Source: Sphyrna mokarran
Lineage: Eukaryota
Direction of reading: 5' to 3'
Assembly: GCA_024679065.1 (NCBI GenBank)
Contig: JAGIQG010000019.1
Location: forward strand, 45,012,001-45,076,000
DNA length: 64,000 nucleotides
This document shows positions 36,102 through 49,130 of the stretch, one piece after another (position 1 is the stretch's first letter; every line of letters starts with the position of its first letter). The notes beneath the pieces were generated by a model, which was not told the origin of the DNA, searched no databases, and worked only from the letters and a program-made list of their open reading frames with translations. Position numbers and translations under genes: made by a program.

Positions 36102-36446
36102 TAACGAATAGGACAGCTATGTTGATGAGAGCATTATATTTTTTTTTAAAAAAGGGATGTTATATATTGTTTGATTATCTGGAAATCACTAAGGACTACT
36201 TAGCAAAAAGTGTTATATAAAAGTGGACCAGGTGAACCATACATTAGAATCTGTACCAGAAAGCATGGTAAAATTAAAAATGAAGCATTTCTGATCTTTA
36301 TAAACTTAAAGAATGATTCTTAACAACATCTGGGAACAAAACTGCAACAATAAAACATTTGTCACCATTACTGATATTGGCTGTTGTGGGTAATTGGAAC
36401 TCATTTGCCTGATCATTAATCTAGTAATAGACTAATTAGTGGAGTA

Positions 36447-36675
36447 ACTGATTTGATTTCATTTGATTTATTATTGGCAGATGTATTGGGATACAGTGAA
36501 AAGTATTATTTCTTGCTCGTGATACTGACAAAGCATACCATTCATAGAGAAGAAAAGGAGACAATGCAGAACATAACATTACAATCATAGCTAGGGCATA
36601 GAGATAGAACAACTTAATACAAGATAGGTCCATTCAAAAGTCTGATGGCAGCAGGAAAGAAGCTACTCTTGAATA
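36447..36675 (-). mobile_element. Rex1/Babar 3' tail
   Basis: Homologous to 18222-18450. Confidence 0.8.
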
Positions 36676-37236
36676 AGCTACAATGCCATTGTACCTTACT
36701 ATCTGGCAGAAGTAAATTGCCACATGGCATTTTTATTTAACCTCTGCAAATTCATTTAATCTTAACTGAATCTCAAAATCCTATTCATAGAAAAAAAATC
36801 CAAAAACAGAAATTGTGACAGAGAATTTGTATAAACATAGAGCCAATTTAAATCGTGCATTTTCTGAGAGTGGATTAAATGTCATTTTAAGTTATTTTAT
36901 TGCAGAATCTTGAAAGTCGTCACCCCCCCCCACCCCCCCGCAACTCCCCAGTTTTCTAACCTTTCGTTGAACCTGGCACGAGGAAGCCAATCCTGCCAAA
37001 ATTCTTAACCGAGTTCAACAGGCCTTTAAATTGTCCGTCAAATTTTCCATCTCACCTGCAATGATACCTACAGTGGGTAGGATCATAAGAGTTAACTTGA
37101 TGAGTAAAATTCTGCAACAAAGTATGTATAGGGTGGGATTTATGGTGGGATTTTTGTGCCATTGCCATGATGCATTAATAGTAATTTCCCTCTCTTACTA
37201 TTTGAGGGAAAGTATGACCCAGGATGTCATTGAGAA

Positions 37237-37880
37237 TCATAGAATCCCTACAGTACAGAAGGAGGCCATCAGACCGATCAAGTCTGCATCAACTACAATT
37301 CCACCCAGGCCCTATTCCCATAACCCTACATATTTACCCTAATAAACCCCCTGATACAAAGGGACAGCTTAGCATGGCCAATCAACTTAACCTGTATAGA
37401 ATATAGAAACTCTACATACAGAAAGACGCCATTCATCCCATCAAGTCTGCACCAACCACAATCCCACCCTCACATATTTACCCACTAACCCCTCTAAGCT
37501 ATGCATCTCAGGACACTAAGGGAAATTTTAGCGTGGCCACTCAATCTAACCCGCACATCTTTGACTGTGGGAAGAAACCGGAGCACCCAGAGGAAACCCA
37601 CGTAGACACAAGAGAATGTGCAAACTCCACACAGACAGTGAACCAAGCCAGGAATCAAACCCAGATCCCTGGAGCTGTGAAACAGCAGTGTTAACCACTG
37701 TGCTATCCTGCTGCTCATATCATTGGCCAGTAGAAGAAAATCGGAGCATCCGGAGGAAACCCACACAGACACGGGAAGAATGTGCAAACTCCACACAGAC
37801 AGCCACCTGACACGGAAATTGAATCCGGGTCCGTGGCGCTATGAGGCAGCGGCACAATCAACTGTGCCTCCGCACTACCC
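37237..37880 (-). mobile_element. HE1 SINE (about 37396-37712) nested inside another HE1 SINE
   Basis: Outer tail 37237-37395 and outer head 37720-37880 flank a complete inner copy. Confidence 0.8.
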
Positions 37881-37959
37881 ACATCCAAAATTTCCTGGGA
37901 CTCTGTGTTCTCCAAACCTCTCCCAATTTGATAAATGTGGTTCCTTCTTCCTTCCCACA

Positions 37960-38720
37960 CTCCCCGCCCCAATAAAAATCAATAGCAATGTCCAATTTTC
38001 TGGATTAAAGCAGTTTTGATCTCTATTGCCACTCCGATTGAACCTGAGCAGGGCTGCTGACCTGACAGTGATGTGATTTATTACTGCGAGATCGATTTGC
38101 CTCAAACAAAGATCTCTTCACAGAGCTTTGCCGATTTATTTAGCTAATGCAAAAATAATTATCTTTCAGACGTACTAGCCGGCTGGAAAGTTTCCTGTTA
38201 AGTGGAATTAAATTTTTGAAAGCCATTTAATGTTTGAATCGATTCACTGATCTTAACAGTGCCAATCGCTAATTTTAACATGCATTATTGATCCAAACAC
38301 AGGTTTCTTTAGGAATTCACGCTGATAAATATATTCAATTCCACATCAATGGGATGGTGCGTCAATAAATATGTTGTAAAAAGGATATGTGTAAAATTGG
38401 TCGATTTAAAGAGTTCAAACGACTATTAGAGACCAAGCAACTGAGAAGTGATTTATTAAATAATTACTTAGTACAGATCTAGCGCCGAGCTTTTAATATA
38501 CATTCACTGCGTGCCTTGTAATGAAGTTGTTCACCAGCAGCTGAAAAGGATTATAATTTAGAAGCTTCAATTAGTTCAGGTATCTGCAGCCTCAGGTGCT
38601 GCCCACATTCTAGTCAACTAAAAAACAAATCAAATTGCAGATTTGTGGCAAATCCTAGACGCATTATTTGCAGGTCAGACACACATCCTGATAGGTGTAT
38701 AACAGATAAATAATACAACA
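37960..38720. promoter_or_regulatory. Candidate conserved developmental enhancer (Meis plus Pbx-Hox motifs)
   Basis: TGACAG 38063-38068 five bases from TGATTTATTA 38074-38083; second TGATTTATTA 38449-38458; CpG-retaining unique DNA. Confidence 0.45.
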
Positions 38721-38989
38721 AAAGTCAAACAAGCAGAATAGGTATCGAGAATCAAGGTTTTATTTTTCACGGGCTTGGAGGGTCCAAGGGTGTGGTCCTG
38801 TGCTGTATTTTTCTTCTCCCTCTTTGTTCCAACTTCTGTCAATGGCCATCAGCTATCTCATTTCCACATTGCCAACTTCCCTTGCTATCCAAGAGCTCTG
38901 CAGTTAAAGCTGGCACAACGATATCTAACCTAGGTGTCCAAATCTGATTAGAATCAGAATGCCTGTTCCTGATCAAAAAACATCTATGT

Positions 38990-39865
38990 TAGAACAGAGA
39001 ATGCTGAAAAAAAACTCAGCAGCTCAGGTAGCATCTGCAGGGAGAGAAAAAGAGTTAAGGTTTCAAGTCTTCTTCAGAGTAGAAGAGAGGGAAATGCATT
39101 GGATTACAAACTGTATAAGAGGGAGTGGAACTGCTGGAATAGATTAGTGGGAGCTAGGAGAGATTGCAACAACAATGCAGCAAAACCTAAGCACTAGCCT
39201 GTGGGGCAGGGAAAAGGAGGTTTTTTGCATTTGGAAAAAAACTGCTTGGGATGCTCATAGAGGCATTATGGCACAGTGGTTAGCACTGCTGCCTCACAGT
39301 GCTAGGGCGCTGGGTTTGATTCTGTCCTTGGGTGACAGTCTGTGTGGATTTTGCACGTTCTCCCCATGTCTTCGTGGGTTTCTTCTGGGTGCTTCATTTC
39401 CTTCCCACAGTCCAAAGTTTGTAAAGTGGACTAGCCTTGCTAAATTGTCTTTTAGTATCCCAAGTTGGAAATATTAGGGGGATTAGTGGCGCAATTATGT
39501 GAAGTTACAGGAATAGAACCATGTGGGATTGTTGACTGAGAGTCAGTGCATGGAGATGGGCTGAATGGCCTCCTTCTGCACTGGAAATATTCTATGATTT
39601 TATGATATTATAAAAATGTGTTAAGATGGAGGAGGAAGCTAACAATGTAAATTTATCGAATTCATTGTTGAGAGCTTTCTCCAGCATTTTATACTGTTGT
39701 AGAATACAACACATTTCTCCCTCTCCTCAGCTCTGATGAAATCAGCTGTATTTGAAATGTTATCTCTGTTTTCTCTCCCTCCAGACGCTCCCAGACTTAT
39801 TGAGTTTTTTTCAGAATTTCCCTGATTTTGTGTCAGATTCCAGCATCTGCATATTTTGCTTTTAG
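38990..39865. mobile_element. PLE family-2 inverted/direct terminal pair with an HE1 SINE (39258-39605, plus) inserted
   Basis: Inverted piece 38990-39120; direct piece 39690-39865 with CTGATGA (39733-39739)..GAAA (39754-39757). Confidence 0.55.
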
Positions 39866-40444
39866 GAAAACTACCCACTTAGCTTCTTCAGATTTTTCCA
39901 GCCTTTGATCTAGCTGAGGATCCGACAAGATTCATACAGCTCAGGAAAAATCGGAGGGGACAGTGAAGAGAATCCATGCACAAGTTGCACGTTTCTTTAC
40001 AGCATTCGCTGCCGTATTCTGGTAAATGAGAGTTTAAATATCCCAAAATTTCTGAGCTTGTCCATGGATGAACATGCATGAATTTGTAGGTGTGTAAGGG
40101 ATAGGTGTGTAAGCGGGTTGGGTGAGTGATATACGTGAGTAAGGATATAGAATGGGTACAGTTACTGGGTCAGAGAGTAGAATGGCAGCTGGGTAGGGTG
40201 GTGTAACTTAGGTGGCAACTAGGTAGGGTCTGGGTGGCTAGGTTGATTCATATCTGCTGACCTTCACATGCAACTCATCTCAGTGCAGATAATTCTTGCA
40301 CCTTAATGGGCCCTAAAGAAGATGCTTAATTCAGAATTGAGAATGTTTAAAGTGTTTCCATCTTTAAGCTGCTCACATTCTTTTCCATCAGGTCACCACT
40401 CCAAATTTGCTCATTTGAAAGAATTTCCACACGAGAAAACAAGA

Positions 40445-40940
40445 TCATAGAATCCCAACAGGGCAGAAGGAGGCCAGTTACCTCCCACAGTCTGAAAAAT
40501 GTGCGGGTTGGGTTAATTGGCCATGCTAAATTAGTGTCAGGAGATTAGCAGGGGAAATATGTGGGGTTACAGGAATAGGACCTGGGTGGGATTGTAGTTG
40601 GTGAAGACTTGATTGGCCAAATGGCTTCTACCTTGAGCCTGCACTGATCACAATCGCACATTCATCTTTCCACATGAAGTAAGTAACAAAGTTTGTTTAT
40701 TAGTCACAAGTAGGCTTACATTAACACTTCGATGAAGTTACTATGAAAATCCCTGGTTGCCACACTCCGGCATCTGTTCAGGTACACTGCGGGAGAGTTT
40801 AGCATGGCCAATCCATCTAACCAGCATATCTTTCAGATTGTGGGAGGAAACGGGAGCACCTGGAGGAAACCCATGCAGACACAAGGAGAATGTACAAACT
40901 TCGAATTCGGGTCCCTGGCACTGCGCCACCATGCCACCCA
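40445..40940. mobile_element. HE1 SINE cluster: plus fragment within a minus tail (40445-40670) and a minus alternative-tail copy (40688-40940)
   Basis: HE1 tail and core motifs in both orientations. Confidence 0.7.
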
Positions 40941-40999
40941 ATGTAATTGAAATCTACAGAATTCCCTAATTCATCAAATAACTTCTTCACATTTAATTT

Positions 41000-41520
41000 A
41001 AAATCAAAGTCCTGGTTGATAAAAGTGACTATTTTAAGTTGTAATGTAATGATTTTATATATTCTCATCAAATATACCAAAATCTGATGAAAATGATGCA
41101 TCATTTGCCAGCGTCAAAACCTGAAGGGGGTTTTGCATGGTGTACCAATTAAAAGGGAGAAAAAAATGCTAACTGGTAATTTAGAGTGCATCTGTGTTTT
41201 CATTATTTGAAGATCGGGAGATTTACTATGCATCTTTGCAAGTGGAAACAAGATAAGCATCTTTTCAAAACCAGTAATGATCATTTATCTTCTGCTGCAG
41301 TTAATCCTGACATTGGCAATTACTGATGAGATTCTGCAAACCCCTCCCTTGGTGGTCTGCAGCAGCGTAGCATGTGGGAAATTAAAGCAAGCAGGCTGCG
41401 TTCACAGTGGCAGAGGGATTAAATGGGTGAGTTGCCTTTTCTCCTTCCCAAAGGTGATTTTTATTGGTTTTAATCAGTGGTCATTGGCTGGGCTGATTGT
41501 ACCTTTGACCTTTGAATCAG
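41000..41520. promoter_or_regulatory. Candidate conserved non-coding element
   Basis: Unique block with CAATTA, TAATCC, AGATAA and DR1-like TGACCTTTGAATC at 41506-41518. Confidence 0.3.
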
Positions 41521-41939
41521 AGGGCTGGATTTAACGCTACCCTGCTGGTGAGTTTGAAGACAGAAGGGGGTTTCTAATCATATTTCAACTGGCATTTAAT
41601 CACAAATTCAATTGTAGGTGCCCCATGAAGTTTGCTGGCAGTCAGTTAACTGGGGCATGCGCTGTTCCTCACTTGCCTCCTCATGTTAAGTCCAGAGAGC
41701 CCTCTGCTTACATCCCACTTCCCACAAATTTTCCACTAGCCTGGAACTGGGGTGTGTTGGGCAGCCTGTCTAATCTCTGGGTCAACTGAGGCCCCTCAGC
41801 GGCCAATTAATGTTTGGGCCTCTCTCGCTCTCTTTCCTGCATTAAGATACTCCATAAAACTTACCTCTTTCATGGAGTTCTTGATCATCTGCCCTAATAA
41901 GTGGTTCATTGCCAGGTTTTGTTTCATGAGCACTCCACT

Positions 41940-42515
41940 GCGGTGGCAGGGTGGCATATCAGTTAATACTGGGACCTGGGTTTGACTACAGACTTGAGTC
42001 ACTGTCTGTGCAAAGTTTGCACATTCTCCTCATGTCTGTGTGGGTTTCCTCTGGGTGTTCCAGCTTCCTCCAACAGTCCAGAGATGTGCAGGTTAGGTGG
42101 ATTAGCCAAGATAAATATGTGTAGTATTATGAGGGGAGGGTCTGGATGGGATATCCTTTAGGACAATTGGTGCAGAATTACACAGTAGGAGACCTGGCAT
42201 AGCATTGCTGCCTCACAGCTCCAGGGACGCGGGTTCGATTCCCAGCTTGGGTCACTGTCTGTATGGAGTTTGTACGTTTTCCACATGTCTACATAGATTT
42301 CCACTGTGTGCTCTGATTTCCTCCCACAGACCAAAGATGTGCAGGTTAGATTGATTGAGCATACTTACTTGCCCATTAATGTCCAGGATGTGTGTGTTAG
42401 AGAGATTAGCAGGGTAAATACGTAGGGTTTCGGGGATAGAGCCTGGGTGGAATTGTTGTTGGTGCAGACTCGATGGGCCGAATGAGCTTCTTTGGCACTG
42501 CAGGGATTCTATGAT
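41940..42515 (+). mobile_element. Two tandem HE1/V-SINEs
   Basis: V cores at about 42010-42090 and 42260-42340; second copy ends GGGATTCTATGATT. Confidence 0.8.
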
Positions 42516-42519
42516 TTTT

Positions 42520-42925
42520 ATGAGTATGATCATAGCTGATCATGCAGTTTTAGTATCTCATTCCTGATTTTTCTCCATATCCCCGATCCCTTAGCCATAG
42601 GTTCATAACTGTTTGAGTGAAGAAGTTCTTCCTCATCTCAGTCCTGAATGACTTATCCCTTATTCTTAGATCCCTTACCCTAGTTTTGGACTTCCCAACA
42701 TCAGGAACATTCTTCCCACATCTAGTCTGTCCAGTCCCATCAGGATTTTATGTTTCTGTAAGATCCACTGTCATTCTTCTAAATACCAGTGAGTATAAGC
42801 CAAGTCAATCCAGTCTCTCTTCATGTGTCAGTCCTGCCATTCCAGGAATCAGTCACTGGACTCCCTCAATAGCAAGAATGTCTTTCCTCAGAATAGAAGA
42901 CCAAACCACACACAATACTCAACTT
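42520..42925 (-). mobile_element. CR1-like LINE 3' fragment
   Basis: GAGTGAAGAAGTTCTTCCTCATCTCAG..CCAGTCTCTCTTCATGTGTCAGTCCTGCCATTCCAGGAATC is reverse CR1 RT C-terminal sequence. Confidence 0.8.
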
Positions 42926-44120
42926 TACATAGTGAGTGGCGAACATTTGTAATAAGCTTCTTGATGGGATACTGGATGCAAAAGCCTCACAATGCCGTCC
43001 ACTTGTAACTCCCTGCAGATGGATGAATTGAAATAAACTGTCAGATTATCCTCATTTATAATTATCTTGTGAAGCGAAATCACCAAAGAAAACAATTGTT
43101 TAATCCTCTCAGAGATGTCCCTGAGACATACCTGATGAAGATTGGTGACGGCATTTGCCTACCTAGCAGCCACTGCATTGAGACAGTAATTCATTGTGTT
43201 AAGTGCTTTGAGATATTTTTCCTTGATAAGATGCTATCAGATCCTGAAAGACCTTGAGAAGCAGCAAGCAGCATGCCTGAGCAATTCACTGTGGTCTGCA
43301 AACAGTTAGGCAGGGCACTCTCTATTCTCTGCCCTATTCCTATCAGAGCTGGAATCTGCTTCCAAGGAGATGGGGGACACAGACTGGTCTCTAACTGCAT
43401 TTCAGATGGCATTTTACCACAAATTCAAAAGGAGTTACCACGTGATGTTTGCTGACAGCAATCTGAGACTTGCGCTGTTTCTCACTTACTCTCTTTGCCT
43501 TGAACTTCTGGAAACAATCCTCCACCAGAACAGGCATTTTAAAAGACTGCACTCTAATTTCCTTCCAATCCAAATGCATCATTCCCAAGTTCTAACTGGC
43601 AGTCACATCACCAGAGGGCTTTACAGCGCAAAAGAGGCCATTTGTCCTTCATGTCTACATGCATAGACATAGAAAGAAGGTGACTCAGGAAATTCTCATA
43701 AGAGTACCCATCCAAACCACTGACAGAGAGAAATCTTTTTCTATTAGTGGAAAAAGAATGCTGCTGGATTTTTACCGGCATGCCCGCCCCAGAGTTCGGC
43801 TGTGTGAGGCAGGTGGGATCTTATGAGACTCAGGCAGGTGAGGCAGTAAAATTCCGGCATGCGTCTCACCATGAAGAAATTCAAGTCACATTTAGTTTAA
43901 TTTATTTATTAGTGTCCCGAGTGGGCTTACGTAATCACTGCAATGAAGTTACAGTGAAAATCCCCTAGTTGCCACACACTGGTGCCTATTTGTGTACACT
44001 AAGTGAGAATTTAGCATTGCCAATCCACTTAACTCGCACAACCTTTGGCTTGTTTTTACCCCGGTGGTACTTCCCTACTATAATAAAAGCAAAGTACTGA
44101 GAATGCTGGAATCTGAAACA

Positions 44121-45338
44121 ATACAACAGGACATAGACAGGTTGGTAGACTGGGCAGATAGATGGCAAATGGAATTTAATCCGGAAAAATGCGAGGTGAT
44201 GCATTTTGGCCAGAAAAATGTAGAAGAGAGTTATAGGATAAAAGGTAAAACTATACGGAGCATAGAGACGCAGAGAGACTTGGGGGTGCAGGTTCACAAG
44301 TCTATGAAGGTGTCCTCACAGGTGGAGAAGGTGATAAAGAAGGCGTATAGTATGTTAGCTTTCATAGAAAAGGGTATAGAATACAAGAGTAGGAGTTTGA
44401 TGTTGCAGTTGTATAGAACTTTGGTTAGGCCTCAATTGGAATACTGCGTCCAGTTCTGGTCGCCGTACTATCGGAAGGATGTGGAGTCCTTGGAGAGAGT
44501 GCAGAGGAGGTTTACCAGGATGCTGCCTGGTATGGAAGGACTGTCTTATGAGGAACGATTAGATAGACTGGGGTTGTTTTCCCTTGAAAGACGTCGGCTT
44601 AGAGGGGATCTCATAGAGGTGTATAAGATTATAAGGGGTATAGATAGAGTAAATGGAGGTAAACTTTTTCCACCTTTAGAAATGGATAGGACGAGGGGTC
44701 ATGGCCATAGGGTGAGGGGGCTATGTATAGGACGAATATTAGAGGGCAGTTTTTCACACAAAGGGTAGTGGGGGTGTGGAATGCACTGCCGAGTAAGGTG
44801 GTGGGACCAGGCACGCTGGGGCTGTTTAAGGGTCTCTTGGACAGCCACATGAGCAGTATGCAGATAGAGGGATATATTAGGACTGTTTAACTACGGCTTT
44901 TTCCACAGGTAATTCGGTCCATAATTTGAGCGGGTACAGCTCTTGTTGATTCTTGGGTTGCCTGGTACCTCATGTCGTAAATGAGTGCTTTATGTGGACC
45001 ATCTGAAGGGCACCATGACAGCTCAGAGACTATCGCTGTAGCTGTGCAGACACTTGGAATTGGGCCGGTGTCTGCAGGAGTTTGCGCGTTCTCCCCGTGG
45101 TTGCGTGGGTTTTCTCCGGGCGCTCCGGTTTCCTCCCACAACCCAAAAATTCGCTCTTATGCTGATTGGGAAACAAATTGTCCCCATGGTGAAAATTTTC
45201 CATATTAGAAATAATATATATATTATTATATAGGAATATTAAAATAGGATAATGTATTTGCTACTATATAGTATGACGGCGGCGCGGGCTCGTTGGGCCG
45301 AAGGGCCTGTTTCCCGTGCTGTGTTGCTTAAAAAAAAA
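44121..45338 (+). mobile_element. Young CR1 LINE 3' fragment with a long 3' region containing a V-SINE-like core, inserted into a PLE family-2 repeat
   Basis: Open ORF 44064-44768: IQQDIDRLVDWADRWQMEFNPEKC..RGDLIEVYKII; V core 45068-45148; tail GGGCCGAAGGGCCTGTTTCCCGTGCTGTGTTGC then A-run; PLE halves at 44082-44120 and 45339-45435. Confidence 0.9.
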
Positions 45339-46224
45339 GAAACATAAAATGCTGGAAAATCTCAGCAAGTCAGACAGCATCTCTGGAGAGAGAATAGAAC
45401 CAACGTTTTGAACCTAGGTGATCCTTTGTCAAAGCTCTCTGTTGCACAATGGCATGTATTCTGAAAATGTCTATGGTAACATTAATATTCTACCCAGTTG
45501 TACCTCAAATTCAATCATCTTTCAATATATAGACGTTGTAAACATATGATACATGGAACAAAATAGCAAAAAGCAGGCCATTTGGGTCAACTGGTGTTAA
45601 TTCTCCGTATGAACCTCCTCCTATCCTTTTCCATCTAACTCTATCAGTGTAAACTTTCTTTTTCTTTTCTCCCGTTTTTATCCAGTTTCCTCATTCATAT
45701 ATCTATGCCATTTTCCTCAACTACTTCATGCAGTAATGATTCCATGTTGTACTCTCTGGGTGAAGAGTGTTCGCTTGCATTTCCAATTGAAATTATTAGT
45801 TAAAATGTATAGCTCCTAGTTGTTTTCACTTCCACTGTAAGTGGAAATATCTTCTTTACATCTATCCTATTGAAGCCTTCCATTGTTCCAATAGATCAAA
45901 CCTTCCCGTTGACTCTGCTTTCTGTATAGTTTATGTTATCTGTTAATTTCTAATGCCTTAATTACTGATAAAGTAATAAATACACCACTTGCAAACACAA
46001 TTCCTGCTCCTTCAGGTATCATACTTTGAACTTTCATTGCACTGGTGCATGGTTTTGTTTGGCAAAGTACCTCAGTGATTTGCCATTACTGTCTGCAGTA
46101 TGGTGAACCAGGGAACTCTCCCCTTCCTTGATGGCTACCAGCTATATTAGAAAGATTTACAGGCTGATGTTTGTCATGTTATGAATGCCCCTTCTGAGAC
46201 CTTGAAATCTCAAAATGGGACTTC

Positions 46225-46625
46225 TAGAACCATAGAAACTAGAAACATGAGTAGGTCATTTGGCCTTTCGAGCCTGCTCTGACATTCATTTTGATTATGA
46301 CTGATCATCAAATTCAATAACCTGATCCGCCCTTTCACTCTATATCCCTCGATCCCTTTAGCCCCTAGAGCTACGTCTAATTCTTCTTAAAATCAGACAA
46401 CATTTTGGTCCCAACTACTTTCTGTGGTAGTGAATTCTGCATATTCACTATTCCCTGAGTGAAGACATTTCTCTTCACTTCAATCCTAAAAGGTTTACCC
46501 CTTATCCTCAAACTGTGACCCCTAATTCTGGACTCCTCAACCATTGGGAACATTCTTTCTGAATCTACTCTGCATAATCCTATTAGAATTTTATAAGTTT
46601 TTCCTGAGATCCCCTCTCATACGAA
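46225..46625 (-). mobile_element. CR1-like LINE 3' fragment
   Basis: TAGAAACATGAGTAGGTCATTTGGCCTTTCGAGCCTGCTC tail; GAGATCCCCTCTCAT is the reverse of the RGDL motif. Confidence 0.8.
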
Positions 46626-47502
46626 CCCAGAACTTCTAGCCAAGAGGTAGGGACACTGCTAATGTGCCACAAGAGCTCGCAAAAGCAATTATTTGTTTGT
46701 AGTAGAATTTTACAGTTAATCCAAATAGGCTGTGGTACAAAGATTGGGCCTTGGCTATACCGGGAGTTCACCATAGTATTGTATCAATTCTCATTAGCTG
46801 TACATTTAACATTTTACAACTCCGTCTAACCAAAATAATTGACGTACCTGCTCGATATTAGTGGTGATGAGTTGTTTGTAAAAACCTAAAGCCAAACAAA
46901 TTTTGGAACGGAATATTCCTAGGCAACCAAGCTCAATGTTCATCAGAATTCCACTGCTATAGACTGTGTTTGTTTCGCCCGTAAAGAATATTGCATTGAT
47001 TTTACATACAGCTGCAATTTCACAATGGAGTGACTACTTGTAGATTTAAAGCTGTTTACTAGATTTTGCAAAAGGGACAATTATAACATTTCACACAAAT
47101 TGAGGTTGAAAGGAATTAAAGTGCAAAATCCATGGCCAAAATTCTACCAACTTGTCCGCCCCATTCTGGGACAGGCGAAGCTCCCACAGTGGAAATCTCT
47201 ATAGACCTCGAGATTATACGATCTCACCTGAGCAAGGCCATAAAACTGTGCCCCAAGTGTTTGGTAATTCTGAACAAATGTACTTTGTTCGCAGTATTAA
47301 TAGAACATCATTCCATTTACAAAAAAGGCTTGTATCTATATAATACCTTTCATGGCTCAAGGGAGTTGCAAAGGGCTTTGGAAATGATGAAATAATCTGG
47401 CAGCTTTTAGTGAAGGTGACCGAGATCTCATCCATCAGCTGGAGAGCTGATGAAAGCTCTGTGTTACCTCTTTTTGGGAAGGCCCATCAAATTTAACCTA
47501 GA

Positions 47503-47795
47503 ACTATAGAATCCCCACAATGCAGAAAGAAGCCATTCAGTCCATTGATCTGCACCAACTCTCCGAAACAGCATACACTCCCAGGTCCACCCCTCCATCC
47601 CATCCCCATAACACCCTGCATTTACCATGGCCAATCCACCTAACTTGCACATCTATGGAAGAAAACCAGAGGAACACCTGCAGAAATGGGAAAAATGTGC
47701 AAACTCCACACGTACAGTGACCCAAGGCCAGAATTGAACCCAAGTCCTTGGTGCTGTGAGGAAGCAGTGCTAGCTACCGTGCCACCGTGCCACCT
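47503..47795 (-). mobile_element. HE1/V-SINE
   Basis: TAGAATCCCCACAATGCAG..CCGTGCCACCGTGCCACC. Confidence 0.8.
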
Positions 47796-48907
47796 GGCAC
47801 TTAATTAGACAGCAGCAGATCCTTCCACGATCAGGGATCCTGAGGCTGAAAGTCCCACCTGCAGAGAGTTGCCAACCAATCAGAGGCTGGCTCCTCTTCA
47901 TTGCTCAGCAGAGCCATCTGTGGAGCAGAGCTGCTGCCGGTACTACACCCACCTGAAGCCCAGGATTACTCATGGAGCCAGGCACTGGTGAGTGAGGGGA
48001 TTGTGGAGTGGGTGTTGTGAGGGGAGAGTATGGCAGCAGGAGAGAGAGTTGAAATTTGAGGTTACTGTCCTTCCCAATGCCAGATCCTTTGACACAGGAC
48101 AGAGTGCATTTGAACAATAAGCCTCTCTGGAAAACTGCAAGAAATTCCAATAGGAACTGCCACATGGTGAGTCTCTTGCCCGTGACGAGGCAAATACCAG
48201 CATTAGGACACAAGGCCCTCAAGTGGACATTAATTGGCCGTCTCACGGACCTCAGTTGCCAGCAGGGAGGGAAAACCATTCAAATCAAAGAGAAGAAGGA
48301 ACAAAGAAAAGTACAGCACAGGAACAGGCCCTTCGGCCTTCCAAGCCCATGTCGATCATGATGCTTCAACTAAACTGTAAAAAACCTTCTGCCCTTCCTC
48401 AGTTCATATCCCGATATTCCCTCCCTATTCATATATGCATCTGGATTCCTCTTAAATGTTACTAATGTGGCAGCTTCCACCACCTCCTTTGGGCAACACG
48501 TTCTAGGCACCCACCAGTTCACCAGCTATGGAGTTTGGACTTAATTGTGTGGGTGGCAGATCAGTGTCAGGTTCCTCACCCACCGCACCTCCGCCTGATT
48601 AACTTTCCCTGCCACCAATCCTGCCGTAGAGGGGAGACATTCATTCTACTCATTGTTGCAATCAGGAAACATATTAAATAAATTAAGGCCTCCTTTTAAA
48701 AAAAAAATCAAGCCAATCGATATGTTATAATGCATATATATTTTGATTTGGTATTAGCAGGTAACATCTCTTCAGAAAATATAAGTCAACAATTCCATTG
48801 GATTTACTGAAGGCCCCAAACAGAAGTATTATCCTACCTCTCTCACCAATCCTTTAGTCACTCAGTCCGTCTGTACCAGCACCCTACCAGACAATCAGAT
48901 GTTGCAC

Positions 48908-49130
48908 TTTGAAAATGGGTCACCTGGACTCGAAACGTCAGCTCTTTTCTTTCCTTAAGGATGCTGCCGTACCAACTGTGATTTTCCAGCCTTTTCTCTT
49001 TTGGTTTCAGATTCCAGCATCTGCATTAATTTGCTTTCATCAGATGTTGTCTGACCTGCTGCGGATTTTGATCAATTTTCATTCATTCCCTAACTTCAGA
49101 TGTGCAGTATTTGCTGTTGTTTTTGCATCT
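48908..49130 (+). mobile_element. PLE family-2 terminal repeat fragments
   Basis: GGGTCACCTGGACTCGAAACGTC..TTTCAGATTCCAGCATCTGCA. Confidence 0.6.

Larger units (their letters stand above)
32935..36328 (+). mobile_element. Internally deleted Ty3/Gypsy element with both LTRs (32935-33128 and 36158-36328)
   Basis: LTRs align (ATTATTTGGAAATAGCTAGGAACTACTTAG vs ATTATCTGGAAATCACTAAGGACTACTTAG); PPT AAAAAAGGGA before 36158; RT remnant LRICLDPKD..IKRDHCSISTLEEI at about 33390-33480; integrase C-terminus at 34665-34870. Confidence 0.75.

Noticed and set aside
44064-44768. 234-aa ORF as a host gene
   Set aside because: CR1 RT C-terminus; its N-terminal residues come from the flanking PLE repeat.
47795-48650. 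GC-richer segments (also 1185-1560, 39880-40400, 41520-41800) as promoters
   Set aside because: 47795 and 1185 share CCAATCAGAGG-type sequence and all look like decayed DNA-transposon interiors; too degenerate to annotate confidently.
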